Shown: positions 12,286 through 25,382 of the stretch, piece after piece | Layout of the letters: the number at the start of each line of letters is the position of its first letter | Numbering within the stretch: position 1 is the stretch's first letter | Origin: Octopus sinensis | Taxonomy: Eukaryota | NCBI RefSeq assembly: GCF_006345805.1 | Contig: NW_021836835.1 | Span: 7,983 to 71,982 of the forward strand | Reading direction: 5' to 3' | DNA length: 64,000 nt | Position numbers and translations under genes: made by a program | Notes under the pieces: model-generated | What the model was told of the DNA's origin: nothing | What the model saw: only the letters and a program-made list of their open reading frames with translations | Database searches by the model: none

Positions 12286-12377
12286 GTGATACCTTGGGCA
12301 AGTCTCTTCTATTATAGCCTAAGGCCGACCAAAGCCTTGTAGGTGGATTGGTAGACGGAAACTGAAAGAAGCCCATC

Positions 12378-12380
<3 letters not shown>
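12285..12380 (+). mobile_element. AGGAGTGGCTGTGTGG-family SINE fragment, with an inverted 26-bp copy at 12155-12180
   Basis: CCTTGGGCAAGTCTCTTCT...GGAAACTGAAAGAAGCCC. Confidence 0.75.
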
Positions 12381-12425
<45 letters not shown>

Positions 12426-12491
12426 ATGTCTATAAACATATATATATATATAACAAGCAAAGTAGCTAGTTCTAAAATTTCTAAACCGGAA

Positions 12492-12528
<37 letters not shown>

Positions 12529-13750
12529 AAGTGTATTCGTGCGTATACACATGTAGATTATGCAACAAATGAAAGAGAAGTGCATTCTAGATACTTGGTT
12601 GATAGATAAATCATTTGACGCAGTTTCTTTAAAGTAAATCTGAATCAAAATATTTTAAGAACACTCACATACACACTCAGATACACACGCACTCACGCAC
12701 ACTAATGCACTCATAAACATTATCAATATCACATACTTCATGCATGTATGTTGTTTAAACATTTAAGCTGTGATATTCCCTTCAGGAAAAAGTCCCGTTA
12801 AATTCCTCGAGTGTTAAATAAAGCATCGTATCTTGTATTTTTTAACACTCTTTGTCTTCAAAAAGGACTTTGTCTGAAGGAAATACCGGAGCCAAGAAGC
12901 GTTTAACCAACTTGTATCCATGGCGAATGTAACATCTAAACACTGTGAAGCAAAATGTTTATATTCTTTTTGGTCTTTGGTAAGTGTTATTTCCTATTTG
13001 CTTCTCTCTAGAAATCAAAGGAAATGGTAAGTATTATTACCTTCAAACATTGCTTTTATAACCTAGACATCAATGTTTTGAAACTCACCAATTTTCCATT
13101 ACATTTCAGACAGATTCTGCCTGAGTTGCTGAGGCAGAAATATCGTTATAGCAAATATTCTGATCAATACCACAGACTTTCTTGTCAATTGCTTGATCTT
13201 AGACACTCAAGCATCTACCTTAGTGACTGACAATAGATGCATCACTGATCATGAGCAGGGGGAGTGGGGGGAGCATCACAGCCATCTGTTGAGAAGCATA
13301 CTTTGGGGTTTGAATAAATGCACGTGGTGATACCAAAAGGTTCCCGGACAAGTTTTCTAGCACGCCAACAGATGGCAGCACACGGTAGCATAGGCAGTGA
13401 GAGCTAGCAATGATCTTCGTGAAGCAAGGTGCTGAGTGACATCGCTGTATTTGCTTGGCAAGTTGAGACAAAATCCTCATGAAAGGATGGTTTTGAGATC
13501 CCTGTTCGTGGAATTGGTGTATGTTCGGTGCCTGGAGTTTTCTTTGTGTGAGGATAATACATAGCTGGAGAATAGGAATGGGTATCGAGGAATAGTGCCA
13601 TCCGATGTTGAATGCAGTTGTACCTAAGTCATTCAATATGTAGAAAGAGAATATTTACGGTGTCTGTTTGTTTGTGTCAATCTATCCGTCTGTCTGTCTG
13701 GTTGTCTGTCTACATACACACACATATGTGGATTTGTGTGTGTTTGTGTA

Positions 13751-14265
13751 CGGGGTGGTGTACCCAACCGGAATTTTGCAATGTTATTTTATTCACCTAG
13801 ATTTATATGTCTACACTTTTATCGCCTTCAAAGAATTCTCCATTTGAAGCAATACTTCGGTCCTGACGCGTTTTCCACTGTTCGAAGCAGTCCTAGAACT
13901 CTCGCAAAGTGATGTCTTTTAACCTATCCGTCGTTTGTTTCTTCACCTCTTCCACATCCGAAAATCCGCAGCACCAGCTGTCATCACCAGTTAGGACCTT
14001 CGAAAGAGAGGTCTGGATCAACTTCCAACTGTTCTTTCAGTTCGCAACACGCATTCACTCGTGACTGCTTTCGATCTTCCGAGAGCAAACGAGGCACAAA
14101 TTTTGCGGCAACACTTTTCATTCGCAACTCTTCAAAGTTCGTTGGCGGGAGCGCCAGAACACTAATCGTATTAACAATTGATCGAGTGTTCACTGAGGTC
14201 CACTAAGATCAACTCATGGATCTTCATGATGTCTTCATTCGTTCCGGAGGTTGGTCTTCAAGCGG
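13751..14265 (-). mobile_element. Internally deleted irritans-like mariner
   Basis: LRMKSVAAKFVPRLL...LKEQLEVDPD...TGDESW joined directly to the C-terminal DCFEQWK segment; TA|CGGGG end similar to 23341. Confidence 0.8.
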
Positions 14266-14371
14266 CACGCGGCCATTATTAAAGAATAAAAACCAATCGT
14301 AAATTTGTGCTTCACCATGTCACGCCAGGTACTTCTGTTCTAATTAGGAACATTATATATCTATATTCCTT

Positions 14372-14417
<46 letters not shown>

Positions 14418-14418
14418 A

Positions 14419-14457
<39 letters not shown>

Positions 14458-14705
14458 AATCTATCTATCTATCTATCTATCTATCAATCTATCTATCTAT
14501 CTATCTATCTATATCTATCTATCTATCTATCTATCAATCTATCTATCCAATCTATCTATCTATCTATCTATATATCCATCCATCCTCCATCTATCTATCT
14601 ATCTATCTATCAATCTATTTATCTATCTCTATCTATCTCTATCAATCTATCTATCTATCTATCTATCCATCCATCCATCTATCTATCTATCTATCTATTT
14701 ATCTG
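14372..14705. repeat. (CTAT)n tetranucleotide array
   Basis: Direct inspection. Confidence 0.95.
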
Positions 14706-14709
14706 TCTG

Positions 14710-14745
<36 letters not shown>

Positions 14746-14823
14746 ACATATATATACACACGCATATATAATGTGTGGTGTGTGGTGTGTGGTGTGTGTG
14801 TGTCTGTGGATATACGTATATAT

Positions 14824-14890
<67 letters not shown>

Positions 14891-15254
14891 TTATATGTGG
14901 ATGAATATGCATATATATATACAATATAATATATACACTCACATGCATACATCAATACACACATACACACATGCATACACACTCTTCACCATGAAACCGC
15001 AAATGACGACAAGCATTCGGGCGTGTCTACGCATGAATATCATTAATTATACGATAGCGGCGTATAATTACGCATGCGCCGGCAACCATGTTAGTGACAA
15101 AACATGGTTAATGAACAGTTCAGTCGTTAGACAAATCAGACAATCCTTGTTTACACTTGAAGAACACAGACGCAGTCAGGTGCGAGGAAGAATTGTTCAT
15201 TTGGGCAGACATCAACAGGAGATTCTGTCACAATGGTGCTGTTGAAATTTCACG

Positions 15255-15650
15255 TTGCATGAATCTTGCATCTTGCTCCTGGTCTTCCTCTTCCACATCT
15301 CCTTCCTCCTCATCATCATCATAGATATCTTCATAATCATCATCATCATCAACAACAAAACCAACAACAGCAGCATCACTTTCGCCTTTATCCTCATCAT
15401 CATCATCGTCTTCATCTTCTTCCTTATCATCATCATCATCATCTTCAACATCATCATTAACACCCACCTCCTTATCCTCGTCAACGTTCTCGTCACAACC
15501 ACCACCACCTTCCACCGCCATATCCTCATCATCAGCATTGCCATCGATCTAATTCTCTTCGTCATTCTCTTCGTCGGCTCCGTTCTCGTCGTTTTCTTCA
15601 TCTTCATCGACTTCATCTTCATCGACTTCGTCGTCATCATCATGATAAGC
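15255..15650. repeat. Degenerate (CAT/CTT)n trinucleotide region
   Basis: Direct inspection; the acidic minus frame contains an in-frame TAG. Confidence 0.85.
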
Positions 15651-15745
15651 GGAAGCAGCCAAGCAATCCGCATCTGCATCGCAATGCTCAAGTATTCTGC
15701 CAGATCATAATTTATGACCAAGAAATAAAACGGCTAACATCAAAT

Positions 15746-15747
<2 letters not shown>

Positions 15748-15836
<89 letters not shown>

Positions 15837-15838
15837 TA
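15748..15838. repeat. (GATA)n array
   Basis: Direct inspection. Confidence 0.95.
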
Positions 15839-15965
15839 GAACCTTTTGTCATTGATTTAAAAATCTTAGGGTAGCAAAAATATTTATAGAAAAATTCTTT
15901 GTTACCAGTGGTCTAGCGAGAAGGAAAAATTTAGTCAATAGACTATACATAATTCATAGAAGATA

Positions 15966-16149
15966 CAGTGTACATTCAAACACATAAAAGATAACCAAAT
16001 AACAGGATATCTGACTCACTAGAAAGAGCAGTTAAAACTCCAAGCCACTAATAGTTGTAACTATTAGTGGCTTGGAGTTTTAACTGCTCTTTCTAGTGAG
16101 TCAGATATTTTATTTTTTGGTTATCTCTTATGTGTTTGAATGTACACTG
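15966..16149. mobile_element. Palindromic Tc1-type MITE (foldback)
   Basis: TA|CAGTG...CACTG|TA ends; perfect 50-bp arms 16007-16056 and 16059-16108, plus near-perfect outer arms. Confidence 0.88.
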
Positions 16150-16155
16150 TATTAT

Positions 16156-16245
<90 letters not shown>

Positions 16246-16246
16246 A

Positions 16247-16306
<60 letters not shown>

Positions 16307-16529
16307 TGGAGATAGCAGTCCCCATCATCACACCATATATAAGAATTTTAATTCAATACTTACTACTCTTTACTAAAACTCTGCTACACGTGTTTCTTGA
16401 GGTTCTTTTACGGTTCCTTAAGCACGCAGTGTTTTAGAGGAACACATATGTGTGTGTGTGTGTGTGTGTGTATGAATATAAATATATATATATACAAATA
16501 CATATAAAATAAATATATTTGTATTTATA

Positions 16530-16566
16530 GGCGTAGGAGTGGCTGTGTGGTAAGTAGCTTGCTTCC
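16530..16566 (+). mobile_element. Isolated 5' head of an AGGAGTGGCTGTGTGG SINE
   Basis: GGCGTAGGAGTGGCTGTGTGGTAAGTAGCTTGCTT, then abrupt loss of similarity. Confidence 0.8.
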
Positions 16567-16569
16567 GCA

Positions 16570-17690
16570 CATGCGCATTGGTGTTTTGCTTCAACACTTG
16601 AACAAGGAGGGCATGAGTTGGTGCGCTCCGTCCTAAAACTGAAAATTAAGAAGAAGTCCGTTCGAGGTAGGTGATTTTGTTTGTTTTGAGCTGGAACTTT
16701 TTTCAGTAAATTTCGCCCAGCTCTGGAACAGTTTGCCTGCTCTCGGAGGCTATTGCGATTTTTGCTTGTTGAAAAAATGTTGGGGGCGTATCCCGCCCAA
16801 AAATTGAAGTTTGTTCCAGTCATTGAAAACTTTTGTGGCCCATTGTGGTGAAGATTCGTCTTCTGCGGATTTAAGATTCCAGCTCGGAGTACCAGCCAAA
16901 GAAGAGGGCCAGGAGTACCCTTGGCGGGAATTTGGAACCATATTTTTATTTCTTCCGTGTTTTTCCTTTTCTTTTTTGAACTGTCCTTTTTGTTTTCTTT
17001 TGTCTTATTTTTTACTATTTGTTTTTCGTTCAGACTTTTTTTCTTTCTAGTGTATTTCTATTTTTGTGGACATTTGAACTTTCTTCCTCATGGTGATAAA
17101 GAATGGTGCCGCTGCTTTGGAGTGGGAGATTGTCCCACCCAAGCAGTGGTTAAAAGATATGGAGGAGAGAACGGTGGTGGTTAGAACTTATTCTAAAGTT
17201 CTTAATTCTATCACCGTCTTCTCGAAACCAGTTATAGAAAATGAACTGAAAGACTATTTGTCCTCTGTGAAATACATATCCCGTGGTGTCAAACATGATG
17301 TTTGACAACCGGGAAAAGGCTCGCAAATTTGTGAGTCTGCCTTTAGAGGGCAACGATATTCTGTTCCCCCCGACGTACTGCGGGAGGAAATTAAAAAGAG
17401 CATGGGTATGTGGGTTACCCCCAGGCACCGAGGCGGGTTGGATTGAAGATACCATCCGACGGGGACTGGGGGATAGTGGGCCCAGGCTCTTAAATGAAAG
17501 TGTATTGCCAGTGGTCGATTGGGAAGGGTCAAAAGCGATTTTGACACTGTGGTCCCCATCGGCCGCAACAGATCTGGTTTTTCTAGATTTTTTTAAAGTG
17601 GCTGACAGCAGGTATCCGGTGATACTTGAGAGACGTCCCCCAAAGTGTCACTCGTGATAGCAAGCAGCCCACATTGAAAAGAACTTTTAA
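16570..17690 (+). mobile_element. Tx1/L1-like LINE, 5' UTR and degenerate ORF1
   Basis: ORFs 17090-17305 and 17283-17657 end in RRPPKCHS*-*QAAHIEKNF, a CX2CX4HX4C zinc knuckle with exact spacing but mutated Cys. Confidence 0.65.
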
Positions 17691-17901
17691 AAAAAGGAGA
17701 TGTGGAACACGAGTTGTGATATATAAAAAAAGGAAATGAAGAAAATGCTGACAAAATAATTTAAGTAAGGGAGAGTGTATTTAATTAGGTGCAAGTTCTT
17801 TTTACCGGTTGCGCATTTGTTATGCTTATCAAAAGATATTTTTTTAAGAGAGATAGAGTTCCTTTCTGATAGATTTTTTTCTCTTATCTTATATATATAT
17901 A

Positions 17902-17932
<31 letters not shown>

Positions 17933-19049
17933 GTATATATATATAGGTATGTATGTATGTACGCATAAATATACATATGCAAATACATGTATATATATTC
18001 GCGTGTATAAGTAATATTTTACGGACGCCCCAAAATTGAACTACATTAAAGTCAAATTTCAGAGGGACGGAGAGAGAGAGAGTGTGTGTGTGTGTGTGTA
18101 TGTGTGTGTGTGTGTGTCTGTGTGCGTGTGTGTGTGTGTTAGAAAGAGAAAGAGTAAGTGAATTAAACAGGCAGACTTAAAGAAAGAAAAGAGAGAAAGA
18201 GAGAAAAGGCAGAGAATCGCTTGAAAAGTATGAGCGAGATGAGTGTGCATGTGTCTAGAAATGTCTTTGTGTGGGCTGGGCATGTTATGCTGCAGTAAAA
18301 GAAATTATTGCTGAATTCTGCCATGGTTTATATCTACAATTGCACTTATATCCGTTATTATTATTTTTATACTTTTTCCTGTATCTTGCTCATCCAATAC
18401 ATATTCCTTTCATGCTGACATGTTACCTATTACCATGTATCCGTCACCATTACATTTATCACACATCGTATATAGGTATTTATATATAAAAATATAAAAA
18501 TAAATAAATAAATATACATATTAATGTATATTTTTTATACATATATATTAGTTATGTATATAGATATTCATATATATATATACATACATATATACATACA
18601 TATGAATAAAAAATGTTATCTATGTTTTCAAATCTATATACACCCTTCCACAGTGACATGATTTTTTTTTTTTTTGCTATCACCTTTCGACTATTTATTT
18701 GTTTCGGATATATCGGCAGAAGAAATATTTTACCAGTCATCATGTTATGATCGTAAATCAGAGGATGTGTATTTTTAACAGATAATTCTATATTATCGAT
18801 AGACCCATATGCGTGCAGATGCGATACATATACATGTATACATGTAGGAATATATGCATACGTAGATATGCAAAGATATATATACATGCAAGCATCTATA
18901 TATACGAATTATCTTAATATACACACATACCTCTGTCTGTATATATATATAGATATTATATATATATATATATATATATATAATAATATATATATATAAT
19001 ATATATATATAATATATATATATATTTATATTATATATATATATTGTAT

Positions 19050-19100
<51 letters not shown>

Positions 19101-19519
19101 TCATATATATATATATTTATACATATATATATATATATATATATATGAGTATATATATATACATATATTTATACATACATATGAGTATATATATATATAT
19201 ACATATATTTATACATACATATGTATATATATATATTATATATATATATATATATATATTTATGTGTATGTATGCATAAACGTGTACGTCACAGACATTG
19301 TCGATATTTTTTTCCGATTAAAATGACATTTTTGTATTTATTTCATTTGCAATCAGTCAATCAATCAATGAGCCGATATATATATAAACATTTGTACTTC
19401 TGACTGAGGAGCAACAGAAACAGCATTTGATATTATTGGTCCAAATCTTCCTGGTTCGGTAAAATAACGAACCAATGTTCATTATTTTATTCTACGTCTC
19501 CTCCGTTAATTTGCACCTC

Positions 19520-19700
19520 ATTGCAAATATTTGTACTCCTTATTAAGTTACTTCCCAACATATGAGATAATCAGAGGCGAATATATTTCTTGGCCATTTT
19601 CTATGTTTGCAGTTTAGGCATCCGTCGATGAACAACGAGTTTCATTGACATCGTAAAATTATACACTGCTGTGGTTGATAGTTGCATTCTGTGCTACAGG
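19520..19700 (-). mobile_element. Possible pogo/Tigger transposase remnant
   Basis: Minus translation resembles FNxDETGLFxRxMP (YDVNET..LF.RRMP) with a frameshift; weak. Confidence 0.3.
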
Positions 19701-20935
19701 TTTGATGTTTAGACAAGGCATTCTCTCCGCACCCAATTGATAGCATGTCGACTAACGAAGCTTGAGATTTTGTTATTCCCGAAGACATTTATTTATTATG
19801 GAAATTCCTTGGCGGAAACAAAAGCAGTTGTTAATGAAAGTCAGAGTCCTGATGCTATATGCACGCAAGACGAGTGGAAGTAGAGTAATTCAAAGTAAGA
19901 TCAAGGGAAATGTAGATTAAAGAAAATACATCACATAAAAGATTGAAGAACAAAAGCAATGAGTGAGGACAAATGCTGGCAAAATTTTAATGTAGAATAA
20001 TAATAAACAGCGAATATAAATGCTTCAATCACACCAGAAACGTGTATTCTTGGGAGAAATGCGAGAAATATAAGAATGTTTGCTGAAGAAAGCAAAATAT
20101 TGAACTTTTGTTTAAGAACAGAAATAAAAGTCATCAAAAATGATGAAGTGAGATCGTTGAACAAGTTTCCGATTGAAACGGAGAATAGACCACAAGAACT
20201 CAGCTATTACAGTCGTTATATAAATAATGCAAAGTATACATTATAATAGACATTGAAAAGGTCATTTGAAATCAAAGATTGGGTGAGAAGCATGAAATAT
20301 ATTTCAGCAAGAATTATCCGAAGAATCCTTGATTGAAAGAAGATATAAACAAAAATCCATATAGATCCAAGGTCACTCTGCCCTGTAAGAGAATGTTTTT
20401 TTGTTTTTTCTTAAGTAAATTTTCTCCGATTTACAAATGTTTGCATACGTTCCATATATTGGTAACACTTCAGAATACAAAAAGGATGTCGATACACAGT
20501 ATTCAAATTACGCAGTGTCCAACAAGCCAGCGAGAGAACATTTACGTGATCTTCCGAAATAAGAGCCAAGTCTACATTATATCTTGTAGTTGCTTGTATA
20601 AAAGAAAAGAGTGGAGAAGTTGGTATTGACTGGTACATTTTTGACCATACATCTGCTTGATCATAAACAACTACGACAACAGATGCGGCTGCAGCATTTG
20701 CACCAATAATAATAAAAGACAGCATACAGAACGTGGCACAAGAATCTACAAAGAAACATTGAAAGGGAACCATGAAACTACGATGCCTCCTCCGTAAACA
20801 ACGGCTGAGTAAGTCTAGCTATCAGGCTTTGACATCGTCATAAGAAGAAGACTTATTTTTTGTGGTTGAGGAAAGAACGGCATGGTGGACGAACAATCTA
20901 CGAGATCTACTTCCCAACAAATAGTAACTGATGAT

Positions 20936-20936
20936 G

Positions 20937-20985
<49 letters not shown>

Positions 20986-20989
20986 CAAC

Positions 20990-21021
<32 letters not shown>

Positions 21022-21209
21022 CAACAGTAGTAGTAGCAGTAGTAGCAACAGTAGTAGTAGTAGTAGTAGTAGCAACAGTAGTAGTAGTAGTAGTAGAGAG
21101 TAGTAGTGTAGTAGCAACAGTAGTAGTAGCCAGTAGTAGCAAGTAGTAGTAGTAGTAGTAGTAGGTAGTAGTAGTAGCAACAGTAGTAGTAGTAGTAGTA
21201 GTAGCCAAC

Positions 21210-21241
<32 letters not shown>

Positions 21242-21269
21242 CAACAGTAGTAGTAGCAGTAGTAGCAAC

Positions 21270-21310
<41 letters not shown>

Positions 21311-21314
21311 CAAC

Positions 21315-21358
<44 letters not shown>

Positions 21359-21409
21359 CAGAGCAGTAGTAGCAGCAGCAACAGTAGTAGTAGTAGTAGT
21401 AGTAGCAAC

Positions 21410-21441
<32 letters not shown>

Positions 21442-21502
21442 CAACAGTAGTAGTAGTAGTAGTAGTAGTAGTAGCAACAGTAGTAGTAGCAGTAGTAGCA
21501 AC

Positions 21503-21540
<38 letters not shown>

Positions 21541-21568
21541 CAACAGTAGTAGTAGTAGTAGTAGCAAC

Positions 21569-21609
<41 letters not shown>

Positions 21610-21628
21610 CAACAGTAGTAGTAGCAAC

Positions 21629-21684
<56 letters not shown>
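20936..21684. repeat. ~750-bp (TAG)n array with recurrent CAACAG interruptions
   Basis: Direct inspection; source of the poly-L/T/S/V ORFs. Confidence 0.95.
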
Positions 21685-21844
21685 GTGTTGTTGTTGTTGT
21701 TGTGGTCGAATTCTGTTTCACGAAACTATTAGACGGGTCCTATTTGTCCTATTTGTACATTAACGATTCGTTTTGTATTCGATTATTTTTTTATTTTATT
21801 TTATTTATATGTGTTTCTAGAACAAAACGAATATAAAAACAGCG

Positions 21845-21891
<47 letters not shown>

Positions 21892-22166
21892 TGGGTGGGA
21901 GAGACTGGAGAGGGAGAACTGAAAAGCTGAAAGATTGATCGATCGATCGATGAGTCTTGGAGGATTAGACGATAATATCACAAGACGATATAATGGTCTA
22001 ATGGAAGCAGCTCCATCGACCATGGCTTTCAGTCTCTTCTCCATTGCCTTATCGCTTCTCTTGCTTTGTATTTTTCTTTCATTTAGTTTTCGACTTTCGT
22101 TGTCTCTCCTCTCTTCTCTCTCTCATTCTCTTTCTCTCTCCATATATATATATACACATACATCTA

Positions 22167-22204
<38 letters not shown>

Positions 22205-22266
22205 TGTGTGGTGTGTGTGTGTACATACATGTATACATACATACATGTATACATGCTACTGTGTAC

Positions 22267-22298
<32 letters not shown>

Positions 22299-22306
22299 AA
22301 AAATAT

Positions 22307-22338
<32 letters not shown>

Positions 22339-22371
22339 TCATATATAAATATAATATATATATATTCATAT

Positions 22372-22432
<61 letters not shown>

Positions 22433-22470
22433 GTATATATACATATATAATATATATATATTATATATTA

Positions 22471-22509
<39 letters not shown>

Positions 22510-22999
22510 ATATATGCAGACATACATATATATGTGTGTGTGTATGTGTGTGAATGTGCGTGCTTGATGAATTCTTACCAATAAGATCGAAATAAATGGC
22601 CCAATAAACGTGAATTACACAAAGAAAATCGTAAAAACTTCTAATGCACGCCTGTATTGAACACTTGTTGCCTTTGTGATTGTGTATATATATGTATATA
22701 TATATATGCTTTCATGTATCTATATACAAGCATCTGTATGTGTATATGGCATGTCTGTGTGCATTTGACTGACAGAGGAATTGAGAGTAGTGGGGGGGGG
22801 GTCACTGAAAGTGAGAGAAATATGTAATGAAATGGACGGGAAAGTGAATATTTCTGAACTTTGTGTCCCGTTCTTCTTATATATTATTACATTTGCCGAC
22901 ATGAAGCGAAAAACTGGCAAACACAAATATCCTACATGTTATGTTCAGCCTCAACAATTTGCTACTTTAAAGTACAATGACACGCACATATGCATATAT

Positions 23000-23140
23000 A
23001 CTGTGTGTGGCAATAAGCTTTCTTCTCAACCACTTGGTTTCGGTTTCGCTCCCAATGCCTGGCACCTTGGGCAAGTGCTTTCTACTATAATCTGGGGCTC
23101 ACCAAAACCTTCTGGATGGATTTAGCAGTTAGGCTCTAAA
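23000..23140 (+). mobile_element. Diverged AGGAGTGGCTGTGTGG-family SINE, 5' part
   Basis: GGCACCTTGGGCAAGTGCTTTCTACTATA. Confidence 0.65.
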
Positions 23141-23286
23141 AGAAGCCCGATGTACACGCACGCACGCAGACACGCACACACACACACACACACCATACCC
23201 CCCCCACACACACACACATACATAGAATGATTGCTAGAAGTTGACTGGAATCGAATGACTCTGGGCAGTATTGAAAATCGGAGCCT

Positions 23287-23330
<44 letters not shown>

Positions 23331-23342
23331 TGTGTGTACATA

Positions 23343-24080
23343 CGAGGGGTTACTAATAAAACCGGAGTTTTGCAATATTATTTCATTCACTTAGTTTTAT
23401 AAGTTTTTATCTCCTTCAAAGTATTGTCCGGGCGCGTTTTCCTTCGTTCGAAACAGTCCCACACCTCTTCTGAAGAGAAACCTTTCAACGCCGACTTCAT
23501 TTTTTTTCTTCACCAACTCCTCATCTGCAAAACGTTTTCTTTTAAGGACTGTTTTCATTCAAGGGAACAAAAAATGTTGCAGGGGGTGGTAGGTAAGCGG
23601 CTTCATGCCACTTTTAGTCAAAAACTGTCTCACACGAAAGGCGGTGTGCGCAGGTCCATTCTCGTGATGAAACTACCATTCTCCACACACTTTGCTTCTG
23701 ATCGGGATGTTTTCGTCTCACTGCGTCCCGCAAATGCTTCAGAACTGTCAAGTAAGTTGTCTGGTTAACAGTTTGACCGACAGGAACAATTTCTGTGCGG
23801 ACAATTCCTTTCGCTTCGACGAAACAAATCAGCATCATCTTGATATTGAACAGCACTCTTTTACTTGTTTCAGTCATTTGACTGCGGCCATGCTGGAGCA
23901 CCGCCTTTAGTCGAGCAAATCAACCCCGCGACTTAATCTTTGTAAGCTCAGTACTTATTCTATCGGTCTCTTTTGCCGAACCGCTAAGTGACGGCGACGT
24001 AAAGACACCAGCATCGGTTGTCAAGCGATGTTGAGATGGACAAACACCACGACGCACAAACACGCACACACACACACACC

Positions 24081-24124
<44 letters not shown>

Positions 24125-24900
24125 TACGACAGGCTTCTTTCAGTTTCCGTCTACCAATCCACTCACAAGGCATTGGTCGACCCGAGCTATAGCAGAAGAC
24201 ATTTGCCCAAGAATGCCCGCAGTGGGACTGAACCTGGAACCATGTGGTTGGTTAGCAAGCTACTTACCACACAGCCACTTTTTTTTTTTTTTTTTGGGGT
24301 GAGCGTTGTTACATTGAACTCTTCTATTGGCTTGATTGCTGCTTCGTTTACGGGTCGTAGCCTTGGCACCAGCTTTCGTCACCAGTGAAAACCTTTGAAT
24401 AAAAGTCCGGATCGACTTCCAACTGTTCTTTCAGTTGAAGGATCAAAAGTTGTAACTGCTTTTTACCTTTCTTGAGCAAGCGAGGTTCAAATTTTGCTGC
24501 AACTCGTTCCATTCGCAATTCCTCGCGCAAAATTCGTTCGCAGGATCTCCAGGACACACCAGTTATATCAACAAGCTTGTCAATTGTTTGGCGATCGTCC
24601 TCCAATATGAGTTCACGATTTTCGTGATGTTTTCATTCGTTCGGGAGGTGGAGGAGAGCTCTGTATGAGGTTGGTCTTCAAGCGACAATTGACCATTCCT
24701 AGAGCGTGAAAACCACACGTAAACATCTATTTTGCCCATGGCGGCGTCCTTATTAAGTTGTTTGAAGGATGGCAACTGTTTCAGCCGACTTTTCACCAAG
24801 CCGTTTCAGTCGTCGCATAAAATCAACGGCGAAACAAATACAAACCACGTGATAGTACGACGCCTGTACAGGCCGACGACGGGCGGCAGACTGATGCCTG
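23343..24900 (-). mobile_element. Near full-length decayed irritans-like mariner, interrupted by a SINE
   Basis: VAAKFEPRLL, KVFTGDESWCQGYDP, KMMLICF..KGIV..E.VP.GQTVNQ..YL.VL..LR.AVRRK.P; TA|CGAGGGG terminus at 23341. Confidence 0.88.
23856..24279 (-). mobile_element. Full-length AGGAGTGGCTGTGTGG-family SINE nested in the mariner
   Basis: Head, internal (AC)(TA) microsatellite and ...CAGTCAAATGACTGAAACAAGTAAAAGAG tail. Confidence 0.9.
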
Positions 24901-25114
24901 ACGGTCACATCAATTGGCTTTTAACAGCAGAAGCCTGAACTACAATAAGCTTGTCCCACAGAAAACATTTCCGATTACTTTTGAGTACCACCAGGTACAT
25001 TTATATATGTATATACATACACATATACGTTTGTATACATACACACACACACACGCATATATATATATATATATATATATATAGTATGTATATATGTATA
25101 TATGTTTCTTTCTG

Positions 25115-25270
25115 TGATTCTTTTCTGTGTATCTTTCTGTTAAAGAGCGTAGGCTCGAAACGTAAAAGACTTGTTTTATTTATATTCCTGAGCGCCATAC
25201 TAATACAATTGTTTGTTTGTATTCCACCTGCCTTCGTCTTTTGTTTATTTTCATAAAGCTTCCCGTTATA
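25115..25270 (+). mobile_element. Penelope-type terminal repeat carrying a hammerhead-like motif
   Basis: TCTTT-CTGTTAAA-GAGC(GTAG)GCTC-GAAAC-GTA-AAAGA; related pieces at 881-990, ~52150-52200 and ~53600-53655. Confidence 0.6.
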
Positions 25271-25271
25271 T

Positions 25272-25382
<111 letters not shown>

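Noticed and set aside
13200-13640. 138-aa minus ORF with several Cys/His
   Set aside because: Possibly a retroelement remnant, but no motif I can assign with confidence
15212-15721. Asp/Glu-rich, Met-rich and His-rich ORFs
   Set aside because: All derive from a decayed (CAT)n tract; the acidic frame has an in-frame stop; no splice signals
20815-21721. 270-299-aa poly-Leu and poly-Thr (mucin-like) ORFs
   Set aside because: Translations of a (TAG)n microsatellite
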